Shown here one piece after another: positions 1 to 12,600 of a stretch of DNA of 64,000 nt (the first letter of the stretch is position 1; each line of letters begins with the position of its first letter). The notes under the pieces were generated by a model. The model saw only the letters and a list, made by a program, of their open reading frames with translations. It was not told where the DNA came from and did not search any database. A program made the translations under genes and the position numbers. The stretch comes from Dudresnaya verticillata. Lineage: Eukaryota. The stretch spans positions 2,728,001 through 2,792,000 of the forward strand of contig OZ374560.1 of the NCBI GenBank assembly GCA_977862235.1, given 5' to 3'.

Positions 1-132
1 AGTTACTAACCCGCAATCTGCAACTTGCGGGGTTTGGCCACCACAGTAGCGAGGAAGAAACTGGCCGTCGTCGACTACGGCCAGCTACTCGAGTCTTCTA
101 ACGGAGAATTACGGCCGAAATCACAACTGATC

Positions 133-150
133 TTCTAGGTCGGGAGACCA
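133..150 (-). promoter_or_regulatory. Primer-binding site of element B (TGGTCTCCCGACCTAGAA), probably tRNA-Tyr
   Basis: Plus strand reads TTCTAGGTCGGGAGACCA, a tRNA-like 3' end, 1 nt from the LTR. G72-A73-CCA fits eukaryotic tRNA-Tyr identity (inference). Confidence 0.85.
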
Positions 151-151
151 G

Positions 152-915
152 TGTAGTATCTCTAGAGCACCACCGCGTACGGCAGCCCAACGAGACCCCA
201 AGAAGACCACAAAGACCTGTCGGATTTGACCAAAACTGGCCAGAACGTAGAGCGGACCTGCGCGCCGGTAGCAAGCGTGGTAGAGCGGGAGCGCGCAGAC
301 GAAGTCGTGGCCAGTATCCGTGATGAGGACGGAAAATGGCCAAGTCGGGGGTTCAGTTGCTAACTTTACTCCCAACCTCTGGCGGGACGGCTTCGTACCT
401 TTTTCGGCTTAGCCGTAGTGTGTGGCCAGCTAAGTAGGCCCAAAATTGGCCATCAGAGCTAATCTAGAGCTATTCTACAGTTAGTGGCCGAGGTTACTCC
501 GGTCGGCCATAATATCTACTTGTGTTCCGGCGTCGGGCCAATGTTGTACCCTTACCAGACTAAACCAAGTACTTGTTCGTTAGTGGTTGGCCAAATGAGT
601 TAGATTTTCCCTTGATTTTTCCACTGTCTTCCCTTTGATTCACCTTGCGGCCAAATCCAATTTCCATTTGTGTCCTGGCCGAGAACCGGATCATACGTGT
701 ACAGCGGGCCACGTGGTGCGCTTCAGTGTCGTAGGTGGCCACGTGTGAGCCACGTGTACAGTCGGTGGCCACGTATCATACTTGCGCGCGCTCACCGCCG
801 TCCGCGCGCCGACGGCGCAACTTCATTGGCCAAGTGTCTTCGTTTGGTTGGGCCGATCGTACAGTTGGCCCGTCGATTTGCTTCCTTTCGGCGGCCCCCT
901 TGCCGTTGCACCACA
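152..915 (-). repeat. 5' LTR of element B (764 bp); also at 4108-4871, 8064-8827, 12020-12783, 15976-16739, 19932-20695
   Basis: TGTAG...CCACA termini; near-identical to 55340-56103; PBS on the left, CCGTA target-site copy at 916-920 on the right. Confidence 0.95.
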
Positions 916-1535
916 CCGTAGACAGCGGTCTGCTGCGCTTACGTGTGTTCATCGCCGCACACACCGGACGAGGAGGACACCGCGGTATCGCACCGACTAA
1001 GGCAATCGTGCGCGAACACTTCCGCTGGACGTCAATGGCTAAGGACGTGGAGGCATTCGTGAAAACGTGCCTGCATTGCCTCTGCACCGCGTCAGGAAGG
1101 ACAATCCCGAGACCCATGGGGTACAGTCTACATGCCGACGGTCCTAACAAGATCTTGCACTTCGACTTCTGCTACATTGGCAAGAGCGACAAGGCGTTTC
1201 TGTACGTGCTGATCCTGAAGGACGACTTTAGCTCCTTCGGTTGGCTTTTCCCTTTCGAGGCCGCAGACGCCTCGTCGACAGTGGACGCCCTGATGGAATG
1301 GTTCTCCTCATTCGGGGTCGTCCTACAGTGGGTATCCGACCGGGGACCCCATTTCAAGAACGAAGTCGTAGCAGGACTCAGCAAGAAGCTGCGAGGCTCT
1401 CAACACTTCACACTCCCATACTGTCCATGGACTAATGGTACAATAGAGGTGGTTTGCCGGGAACTTATGCGCGTTCTTAGAGCCCTCACGTCTGAGTTCC
1501 AAATACCTTTCAAGTCGTGGCGGTCCGTGCCAGTC
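916..1535 (+). pseudogene. Integrase fragment of element C (HHCC + DDE core), repeated in every array unit
   Basis: ORF 735-1556 has H(TGRGG)H...CLHC, LHFDFCY, VSDRG and NGTIE. It is in frame with C pol ending ...GGVFWLPV at 55339. The C-terminus is lost at a junction near 1535 (approximate). Confidence 0.9.
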
Positions 1536-2069
1536 TTTGAAAGACACAGAGCCTAAGGGAAAAGGGGGAAAAGGGGCGGCGCCACCCAGCTCGCACAGAG
1601 CAACCGTCGTGTGGAGGCAAGGCTCGTAAAGCACCTGAAAGGGAGGTTACGGTGAGTCCGTGAATTCCAAAAAAAGGGTAAAGACCCGAAACCCACCGTG
1701 GGTTCTATTCAGGAGGCCCCTGCTACTCAGGGGCCTATTAAGTATGCAGAGCCGAAAATGCTCTTACCTCCTATGAGCTATTCTAAGCGATTCTAACTGT
1801 CATTATTAATCTAATTGTACTGTTGTCAGTTATAAATACGGATGAGTTGTAGTACCGCGTCGGGACGCGTGAGCGGCCACAATAAATTACCCAATGGCAA
1901 TTTGCCATCAGTTTTGGTGCCAGCAGGGACGCCAGCGAGGCGCATCGCCCTTACAGCGCACGGTGCTTGTGCGCGCCTTACAGCTTGATGCGCGTGGGCG
2001 TCTTACACCTTGATGCGCATAAATGACTTGCAGTGCGCCAGCACTCCTGCTGCGGCTCATTCTTCTACA
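1536..2069 (-). repeat. Truncated LTR of element D, related to LTR F
   Basis: Ends ...TTCTACA at 2069. Shares a block with LTR F (AAACCCACCGTGGGTTCTATTCAGG...CAGGGGCCTATTAA vs AAACTCCCCGTGGGGTTCAATCAGG...CAGGGGACCAATAA) and has CTTACA repeats. Left boundary is approximate. Confidence 0.65.
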
Positions 2070-2097
2070 GCAACGTAGCCAATCGGAATTTCCGAAC

Positions 2098-2115
2098 TTC
2101 TAGGTCGGGGGACCA
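2098..2115 (-). promoter_or_regulatory. PBS of element E (one mismatch to the B/F/G PBS); last copy at 21878-21895
   Basis: TTCTAGGTCGGGGGACCA followed by AA-TGTAGT. Confidence 0.8.
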
Positions 2116-2255
2116 AATGTAGTGCAATCCCACTCGGTATAATCGAGGATGCAGCTCAGGCAGTTCGAGGGCCTGGTGGTAGCAGGTGAGGTTGTAGCAG
2201 TACAGCAGGGGAATAGCCCCGTAGTGCGACTGTAAAACACTACAAGACCGAGAAC

Positions 2256-2855
2256 TGTAGCACAACGGGTCCAGCCCAGGAAGAGCAAAAAGAACAAAGG
2301 ACACCTGTCCGGAACCGTCGTGCTCACATGTACCTCGGGTGTGGTAGAGGCTTGGTAGAATGGCGCTAGGCCAGGAAAAAGGAAAAGGAAAAAGGGGGAC
2401 GCGACCCGGTATTCCGCAGGGAACCTGCCGTACGGTGACGAGCCTGTAGTTGGCGTCCAAAAAGGGAACGGGAAGCGCCCGGAATCCAGAAAATGATCAA
2501 GACCGAGAAACTCCCCGTGGGGTTCAATCAGGGGTGCCCTGCCATTCAGGGGACCAATAAATAGGGCTTGTGCCCGTGCTAATACTAACTACTACAGTGT
2601 ACTGTACACGAATTACATTGAGCAGTGGGAGGCGGATCTACGCCCCTGTGGCGGCGTATAATCGGGAAATATCCCAACGCCGCACCAATGATCAGGCGCC
2701 AATTGCGCGTCTGAGGCGCAGATGATTTCGCGCCAGGCGCCAATCACGTGTCGCATCATGGCGCAGTCCAGCAATGCCAGCGCCTTACAGGGCATTGGCC
2801 CGTTAAAACTTACAGCGTCGAGCGCCCACTTGGCGCAAATCGCCGTTATGCCACA
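2256..2855 (-). repeat. 3' LTR of element F (600 bp) as amplified in the array, with PPT at about 2856-2868
   Basis: Matches 47505-48104; preceded by AGAAC; followed by CGGCCCCCCTCG (purine tract on the minus strand). Confidence 0.93.
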
Positions 2856-2987
2856 CGGCCCCCCTCGTAAGACCGAGAGCCCCGCGAGGTCTGAACCGTC
2901 TCTGTGCCACAGTTTCCAATTTGCATTGGCGTTCTGCCAGATTTGTCGGGCCAAAGCCGTTGCAGCGTAACGTTGCGACTGGGACGC

Positions 2988-3630
2988 AACGTTGGCCAGG
3001 AGGAGCAGGGAGTTTCCCCTTCCCGTCGGAAGAGAAAACGGCCTTCTCAACCTTTTCCAGACGCTCATCATAACGTTCTGCTATGGCCGTAAGTGCACCG
3101 TCTAGAATGACGGAGTGTATCTCCTGGCGAAGCTGCTGGTCCCTAATCAGAGCCGTGGTGGACATCTTGACTTGCATCTCGCCAAACTGGTTCTTTACCT
3201 CTTGCTGCCACTCGGCCGTACGTCGCTTATACTGGTAGAACTCTTGCCGGCCCAACCAAACGTCGTGTTCTGGCTGGGAATCATCATCAACTGGAGGTGG
3301 ACGAAGATTGGCAGGAGCGGCCAGCGGGGTCATCGGCGGCGCTGTGGCCGCCGGTGGCGTGCGCCATGGCGAGACCGGTGGGGCTGTCCACGGCAGTGCC
3401 TCATTACGGACGGCACCTGCTGTGGAAGCTGACCCTGCTCGTCCAACTGTCGGAGGAATGAACTGGCCAGCCGATAACGGGGCCGGAGGAGCTGGTGTTG
3501 GCCCCGATAACGGTGGATACAGGCCAGGAGCAGGGGGTGGGCCTATGGGAGCTCCCAACGTGGAGGGAGGCGGAGCCGAGTCTTGTAAGGACTGCGGTTG
3601 TCCGCCTGCCTGTGAAGAAGAAGAAGACAT
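2988..3630 (-). pseudogene. N-terminal gag fragment of element B, fused at the array junction to element F sequence
   Basis: ORF 2803-3630 is Pro-rich then coiled-coil-like and starts about 460 bp downstream of the B PBS. Its last ~60 codons derive from F sequence. Gag identity is inferred from position. Confidence 0.7.
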
Positions 3631-6600
3631 GACGAAGTACTTCGGAGACTGATTGGCCAGATACTTCTAGCGATTCGTGGCCACCCCGTGGCCGACGTGT
3701 GCAAAGTGGCCTTCCTGGGAACCACACTGTCGTGTGCAAAACACAGGGGTGGGAACGGACGATTCCGAGCTAATAGTCCCTATACTAAGGGCCGGACACT
3801 GCCGTGTGCAAAGCTCCCTGTGCTGGGAACGAACCAGCGAGTGTACAAAGTGGCCAACCTGGGAACGAACCAAGCGACGGGTATCTGGCCTGTGACCTAG
3901 ACTGTGGCCACAGAAACGGGTTGAAGTAAACTGACAATCAGATTGCGGAACCGGGTAGTTACTAACCCGCAATCTGCAACTTGCGGGGTTTGGCCACCAC
4001 AGTAGCGAGGAAGAAACTGGCCGTCGTCGACTACGGCCAGCTACTCGAGTCTTCTAACGGAGAATTACGGCCGAAATCACAACTGATCTTCTAGGTCGGG
4101 AGACCAGTGTAGTATCTCTAGAGCACCACCGCGTACGGCAGCCCAACGAGACCCCAAGAAGACCACAAAGACCTGTCGGATTTGACCAAAACTGGCCAGA
4201 ACGTAGAGCGGACCTGCGCGCTGGTAGCAAGCGTGGTAGAGCGGGAGCGCGCAGACGAAGTCGTGGCCAGTATCCGTGATGAGGACGGAAAATGGCCAAG
4301 TCGGGGGTTCAGTTGCTAACTTTACTCCCAACCTCTGGCGGGACGGCTTCGTACCTTTTTCGGCTTAGCCGTAGTGTGTGGCCAGCTAAGTAGGCCCAAA
4401 ATTGGCCATCAGAGCTAATCTAGAGCTATTCTACAGTTAGTGGCCGAGGTTACTCCGGTCGGCCATAATATCTACTTGTGTTCCGGCGTCGGGCCAATGT
4501 TGTACCCTTACCAGACTAAACCAAGTACTTGTTCGTTAGTGGTTGGCCAAATGAGTTAGATTTTCCCTTGATTTTTCCACTGTCTTCCCTTTGATTCACC
4601 TTGCGGCCAAATCCAATTTCCATTTGTGTCCTGGCCGAGAACCGGATCATACGTGTACAGCGGGCCACGTGGTGCGCTTCAGTGTCGTAGGTGGCCACGT
4701 GTGAGCCACGTGTACAGTCGGTGGCCACGTATCATACTTGCGCGCGCTCACCGCCGTCCGCGCGCCGACGGCGCAACTTCATTGGCCAAGTGTCTTCGTT
4801 TGGTTGGGCCGATCGTACAGTTGGCCCGTCGATTTGCTTCCTTTCGGCGGCCCCCTTGCCGTTGCACCACACCGTAGACAGCGGTCTGCTGCGCTTACGT
4901 GTGCTCATCGCCGCACACACCGGACGAGGAGGACACCGCGGTATCGCACCGACTAAGGCAATCGTGCGCGAACACTTCCGCTGGACGTCAATGGCTAAGG
5001 ACGTGGAGGCATTCGTGAAAACGTGCCTGCATTGCCTCTGCACCGCGTCAGGAAGGACAATCCCGAGACCCATGGGGTACAGTCTACATGCCGACGGTCC
5101 TAACAAGATCTTGCACTTCGACTTCTGCTACATTGGCAAGAGCGACAAGGCGTTTCTGTACGTGCTGATCCTGAAGGACGACTTTAGCTCCTTCGGTTGG
5201 CTTTTCCCTTTCGAGGCCGCAGACGCCTCGTCGACAGTGGACGCCCTGATGGAATGGTTCTCCTCATTCGGGGTCGTCCTACAGTGGGTATCCGACCGGG
5301 GACCCCATTTCAAGAACGAAGTCGTAGCAGGACTCAGCAAGAAGCTGCGAGGCTCTCAACACTTCACACTCCCATACTGTCCATGGACTAATGGTACAAT
5401 AGAGGTGGTTTGCCGGGAACTTATGCGCGTTCTTAGAGCCCTCACGTCTGAGTTCCAAATACCTTTCAAGTCGTGGCGGTCCGTGCCAGTCTTTGAAAGA
5501 CACAGAGCCTAAGGGAAAAGGGGGAAAAGGGGCGGCGCCACCCAGCTCGCACAGAGCAACCGTCGTGTGGAGGCAAGGCTCGTAAAGCACCTGAAAGGGA
5601 GGTTACGGTGAGTCCGTGAATTCCAAAAAAAGGGTAAAGACCCGAAACCCACCGTGGGTTCTATTCAGGAGGCCCCTGCTACTCAGGGGCCTATTAAGTA
5701 TACAGAGCCGAAAATGCTCTTACCTCCTATGAGCTATTCTAAGCGATTCTAACTGTCATTATTAATCTAATTGTACTGTTGTCAGTTATAAATACGGATG
5801 AGTTGTAGTACCGCGTCGGGACGCGTGAGCGGCCACAATAAATTACCCAATGGCAATTTGCCATCAGTTTTGGTGCCAGCAGGGACGCCAGCGAGGCGCA
5901 TCGCCCTTACAGCGCACGGTGCTTGTGCGCGCCTTACAGCTTGATGCGCGTGGGCGTCTTACACCTTGATGCGCATAAATGACTTACAGTGCGCCAGCAC
6001 TCCTGCTGCGGCTCATTCTTCTACAGCAACGTAGCCAATCGGAATTTCCGAACTTCTAGGTCGGGGGACCAAATGTAGTGCAATCCCACTCGGTATAATC
6101 GAGGATGCAGCTCAGGCAGTTCGAGGGCCTGGTGGTAGCAGGTGAGGTTGTAGCGGTACAGCAGGGGAATAGCCCCGTAGTGCGACTGTAAAACACTACA
6201 AGACCGAGAACTGTAGCACAACGGGTCCAGCCCAGGAAGAGCAAAAAGAACAAAGGACACCTGTCCGGAACCGTCGTGCTCACATGTACCTCGGGTGTGG
6301 TAGAGGCTTGGTAGAATGGCGCTAGGCCAGGAAAAAGGAAAAGGAAAAAGGGGGACGCGACCCGGTATTCCGCAGGGAACCTGCCGTACGGTGACGAGCC
6401 TGTAGTTGGCGTCCAAAAAGGGAACGGGAAGCGCCCGGAATCCAGAAAATGATCAAGACCGAGAAACTCCCCGTGGGGTTCAATCAGGGGTGCCCTGCCA
6501 TTCAGGGGACCAATAAATAGGGCTTGTGCCCGTGCTAATACTAACTACTACAGTGTACTGTACACGAATTACATTGAGCAGTGGGAGGCGGATCTACGCC

Positions 6601-9600
6601 CCTGTGGCGGCGTATAATCGGGAAATATCCCAACGCCGCACCAATGATCAGGCGCCAATTGCGCGTCTGAGGCGCAGATGATTTCGCGCCAGGCGCCAAT
6701 CACGTGTCGCATCATGGCGCAGTCCAGCAATGCCAGCGCCTTACAGGGCATTGGCCCGTTAAAACTTACAGCGTCGAGCGCCCACTTGGCGCAAATCGCC
6801 GTTATGCCACACGGCCCCCCTCGTAAGACCGAGAGCCCCGCGAGGTCTGAACCGTCTCTGTGCCACAGTTTCCAATTTGCATTGGCGTTCTGCCAGATTT
6901 GTCGGGCCAAAGCCGTTGCAGCGTAACGTTGCGACTGGGACGCAACGTTGGCCAGGAGGAGCAGGGAGTTTCCCCTTCCCGTCGGAAGAGAAAACGGCCT
7001 TCTCAACCTTTTCCAGACGCTCATCATAACGTTCTGCTATGGCCGTAAGTGCACCGTCTAGAATGACGGAGTGTATCTCCTGGCGAAGCTGCTGGTCCCT
7101 AATCAGAGCCGTGGTGGACATCTTGACTTGCATCTCGCCAAACTGGTTCTTTACCTCTTGCTGCCACTCGGCCGTACGTCGCTTATACTGGTAGAACTCT
7201 TGCCGGCCCAACCAAACGTCGTGTTCTGGCTGGGAATCATCATCAACTGGAGGTGGACGAAGATTGGCAGGAGCGGCCAGCGGGGTCATCGGCGGCGCTG
7301 TGGCCGCCGGTGGCGTGCGCCATGGCGAGACCGGTGGGGCTGTCCGCGGCAGTGCCTCATTACGGACGGCACCTGCTGTGGAAGCTGACCCTGCTCGTCC
7401 AACTGTCGGAGGAATGAACTGGCCAGCCGATAACGGGGCCGGAGGAGCTGGTGTTGGCCCCGATAACGGTGGATACAGGCCAGGAGCAGGGGGTGGGCCT
7501 ATGGGAGCTCCCAACGTGGAGGGAGGCGGAGCCGAGTCTTGTAAGGACTGCGGTTGTCCGCCTGCCTGTGAAGAAGAAGAAGACATGACGAAGTACTTCG
7601 GAGACTGATTGGCCAGATACTTCTAGCGATTCGTGGCCACCCCGTGGCCGACGTGTGCAAAGTGGCCTTCCTGGGAACCACACTGTCGTGTGCAAAACAC
7701 AGGGGTGGGAACGGACGATTCCGAGCTAATAGTCCCTATACTAAGGGCCGGACACTGCCGTGTGCAAAGCTCCCTGTGCTGGGAACGAACCAGCGAGTGT
7801 GCAAAGTGGCCAACCTGGGAACGAACCAAGCGACGGGTATCTGGCCTGTGACCTAGACTGTGGCCACAGAAACGGGTTGAAGTAAACTGACAATCAGATT
7901 GCGGAACCGGGTAGTTACTAACCCGCAATCTGCAACTTGCGGGGTTTGGCCACCACAGTAGCGAGGAAGAAACTGGCCGTCGTCGACTACGGCCAGCTAC
8001 TCGAGTCTTCTAACGGAGAATTACGGCCGAAATCACAACTGATCTTCTAGGTCGGGAGACCAGTGTAGTATCTCTAGAGCACCACCGCGTACGGCAGCCC
8101 AACGAGACCCCAAGAAGACCACAAAGACCTGTCGGATTTGACCAAAACTGGCCAGAACGTAGAGCGGACCTGCGCGCCGGTAGCAAGCGTGGTAGAGCGG
8201 GAGCGCGCAGACGAAGTCGTGGCCAGTATCCGTGATGAGGACGGAAAATGGCCAAGTCGGGGGTTCAGTTGCTAACTTTACTCCCAACCTCTGGCGGGAC
8301 GGCTTCGTACCTTTTTCGGCTTAGCCGTAGTGTGTGGCCAGCTAAGTAGGCCCAAAATTGGCCATCAGAGCTAATCTAGAGCTATTCTACAGTTAGTGGC
8401 CGAGGTTACTCCGGTCGGCCATAATATCTACTTGTGTTCCGGCGTCGGGCCAATGTTGTACCCTTACCAGACTAAACCAAGTACTTGTTCGTTAGTGGTT
8501 GGCCAAATGAGTTAGATTTTCCCTTGATTTTTCCACTGTCTTCCCTTTGATTCACCTTGCGGCCAAATCCAATTTCCATTTGTGTCCTGGCCGAGAACCG
8601 GATCATACGTGTACAGCGGGCCACGTGGTGCGCTTCAGTGTCGTAGGTGGCCACGTGTGAGCCACGTGTACAGTCGGTGGCCACGTATCATACTTGCGCG
8701 CGCTCACCGCCGTCCGCGCGCCGACGGCGCAACTTCATTGGCCAAGTGTCTTCGTTTGGTTGGGCCGATCGTACAGTTGGCCCGTCGATTTGCTTCCTTT
8801 CGGCGGCCCCCTTGCCGTTGCACCACACCGTAGACAGCGGTCTGCTGCGCTTACGTGTGTTCATCGCCGCACACACCGGACGAGGAGGACACCGCGGTAT
8901 CGCACCGACTAAGGCAATCGTGCGCGAACACTTCCGCTGGACGTCAATGGCTAAGGACGTGGAGGCATTCGTGAAAACGTGCCTGCATTGCCTCTGCACC
9001 GCGTCAGGAAGGACAATCCCGAGACCCATGGGGTACAGTCTACATGCCGACGGTCCTAACAAGATCTTGCACTTCGACTTCTGCTACATTGGCAAGAGCG
9101 ACAAGGCGTTTCTGTACGTGCTGATCCTGAAGGACGACTTTAGCTCCTTCGGTTGGCTTTTCCCTTTCGAGGCCGCAGACGCCTCGTCGACAGTGGACGC
9201 CCTGATGGAATGGTTCTCCTCATTCGGGGTCGTCCTACAGTGGGTATCCGACCGGGGACCCCATTTCAAGAACGAAGTCGTAGCAGGACTCAGCAAGAAG
9301 CTGCGAGGCTCTCAACACTTCACACTCCCATACTGTCCATGGACTAATGGTACAATAGAGGTGGTTTGCCGGGAACTTATGCGCGTTCTTAGAGCCCTCA
9401 CGTCTGAGTTCCAAATACCTTTCAAGTCGTGGCGGTCCGTGCCAGTCTTTGAAAGACACAGAGCCTAAGGGAAAAGGGGGAAAAGGGGCGGCGCCACCCA
9501 GCTCGCACAGAGCAACCGTCGTGTGGAGGCAAGGCTCGTAAAGCACCTGAAAGGGAGGTTACGGTGAGTCCGTGAATTCCAAAAAAAGGGTAAAGACCCG

Positions 9601-12600
9601 AAACCCACCGTGGGTTCTATTCAGGAGGCCCCTGCTACTCAGGGGCCTATTAAGTATGCAGAGCCGAAAATGCTCTTACCTCCTATGAGCTATTCTAAGC
9701 GATTCTAACTGTCATTATTAATCTAATTGTACTGTTGTCAGTTATAAATACGGATGAGTTGTAGTACCGCGTCGGGACGCGTGAGCGGCCACAATAAATT
9801 ACCCAATGGCAATTTGCCATCAGTTTTGGTGCCAGCAGGGACGCCAGCGAGGCGCATCGCCCTTACAGCGCACGGTGCTTGTGCGCGCCTTACAGCTTGA
9901 TGCGCGTGGGCGTCTTACACCTTGATGCGCATAAATGACTTGCAGTGCGCCAGCACTCCTGCTGCGGCTCATTCTTCTACAGCAACGTAGCCAATCGGAA
10001 TTTCCGAACTTCTAGGTCGGGGGACCAAATGTAGTGCAATCCCACTCGGTATAATCGAGGATGCAGCTCAGGCAGTTCGAGGGCCTGGTGGTAGCAGGTG
10101 AGGTTGTAGCAGTACAGCAGGGGAATAGCCCCGTAGTGCGACTGTAAAACACTACAAGACCGAGAACTGTAGCACAACGGGTCCAGCCCAGGAAGAGCAA
10201 AAAGAACAAAGGACACCTGTCCGGAACCGTCGTGCTCACATGTACCTCGGGTGTGGTAGAGGCTTGGTAGAATGGCGCTAGGCCAGGAAAAAGGAAAAGG
10301 AAAAAGGGGGACGCGACCCGGTATTCCGCAGGGAACCTGCCGTACGGTGACGAGCCTGTAGTTGGCGTCCAAAAAGGGAACGGGAAGCGCCCGGAATCCA
10401 GAAAATGATCAAGACCGAGAAACTCCCCGTGGGGTTCAATCAGGGGTGCCCTGCCATTCAGGGGACCAATAAATAGGGCTTGTGCCCGTGCTAATACTAA
10501 CTACTACAGTGTACTGTACACGAATTACATTGAGCAGTGGGAGGCGGATCTACGCCCCTGTGGCGGCGTATAATCGGGAAATATCCCAACGCCGCACCAA
10601 TGATCAGGCGCCAATTGCGCGTCTGAGGCGCAGATGATTTCGCGCCAGGCGCCAATCACGTGTCGCATCATGGCGCAGTCCAGCAATGCCAGCGCCTTAC
10701 AGGGCATTGGCCCGTTAAAACTTACAGCGTCGAGCGCCCACTTGGCGCAAATCGCCGTTATGCCACACGGCCCCCCTCGTAAGACCGAGAGCCCCGCGAG
10801 GTCTGAACCGTCTCTGTGCCACAGTTTCCAATTTGCATTGGCGTTCTGCCAGATTTGTCGGGCCAAAGCCGTTGCAGCGTAACGTTGCGACTGGGACGCA
10901 ACGTTGGCCAGGAGGAGCAGGGAGTTTCCCCTTCCCGTCGGAAGAGAAAACGGCCTTCTCAACCTTTTCCAGACGCTCATCATAACGTTCTGCTATGGCC
11001 GTAAGTGCACCGTCTAGAATGACGGAGTGTATCTCCTGGCGAAGCTGCTGGTCCCTAATCAGAGCCGTGGTGGACATCTTGACTTGCATCTCGCCAAACT
11101 GGTTCTTTACCTCTTGCTGCCACTCGGCCGTACGTCGCTTATACTGGTAGAACTCTTGCCGGCCCAACCAAACGTCGTGTTCTGGCTGGGAATCATCATC
11201 AACTGGAGGTGGACGAAGATTGGCAGGAGCGGCCAGCGGGGTCATCGGCGGCGCTGTGGCCGCCGGTGGCGTGCGCCATGGCGAGACCGGTGGGGCTGTC
11301 CACGGCAGTGCCTCATTACGGACGGCACCTGCTGTGGAAGCTGACCCTGCTCGTCCAACTGTCGGAGGAATGAACTGGCCAGCCGATAACGGGGCCGGAG
11401 GAGCTGGTGTTGGCCCCGATAACGGTGGATACAGGCCAGGAGCAGGGGGTGGGCCTATGGGAGCTCCCAACGTGGAGGGAGGCGGAGCCGAGTCTTGTAA
11501 GGACTGCGGTTGTCCGCCTGCCTGTGAAGAAGAAGAAGACATGACGAAGTACTTCGGAGACTGATTGGCCAGATACTTCTAGCGATTCGTGGCCACCCCG
11601 TGGCCGACGTGTGCAAAGTGGCCTTCCTGGGAACCACACTGTCGTGTGCAAAACACAGGGGTGGGAACGGACGATTCCGAGCTAATAGTCCCTATACTAA
11701 GGGCCGGACACTGCCGTGTGCAAAGCTCCCTGTGCTGGGAACGAACCAGCGAGTGTACAAAGTGGCCAACCTGGGAACGAACCAAGCGACGGGTATCTGG
11801 CCTGTGACCTAGACTGTGGCCACAGAAACGGGTTGAAGTAAACTGACAATCAGATTGCGGAACCGGGTAGTTACTAACCCGCAATCTGCAACTTGCGGGG
11901 TTTGGCCACCACAGTAGCGAGGAAGAAACTGGCCGTCGTCGACTACGGCCAGCTACTCGAGTCTTCTAACGGAGAATTACGGCCGAAATCACAACTGATC
12001 TTCTAGGTCGGGAGACCAGTGTAGTATCTCTAGAGCACCACCGCGTACGGCAGCCCAACGAGACCCCAAGAAGACCACAAAGACCTGTCGGATTTGACCA
12101 AAACTGGCCAGAACGTAGAGCGGACCTGCGCGCTGGTAGCAAGCGTGGTAGAGCGGGAGCGCGCAGACGAAGTCGTGGCCAGTATCCGTGATGAGGACGG
12201 AAAATGGCCAAGTCGGGGGTTCAGTTGCTAACTTTACTCCCAACCTCTGGCGGGACGGCTTCGTACCTTTTTCGGCTTAGCCGTAGTGTGTGGCCAGCTA
12301 AGTAGGCCCAAAATTGGCCATCAGAGCTAATCTAGAGCTATTCTACAGTTAGTGGCCGAGGTTACTCCGGTCGGCCATAATATCTACTTGTGTTCCGGCG
12401 TCGGGCCAATGTTGTACCCTTACCAGACTAAACCAAGTACTTGTTCGTTAGTGGTTGGCCAAATGAGTTAGATTTTCCCTTGATTTTTCCACTGTCTTCC
12501 CTTTGATTCACCTTGCGGCCAAATCCAATTTCCATTTGTGTCCTGGCCGAGAACCGGATCATACGTGTACAGCGGGCCACGTGGTGCGCTTCAGTGTCGT

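Noticed and set aside
1848..2069. Separate short solo LTR starting TGTAGTACC
   Set aside because: Flanks do not form a TSD, and similarity to LTR F extends left of 1848, so it is internal to LTR D.
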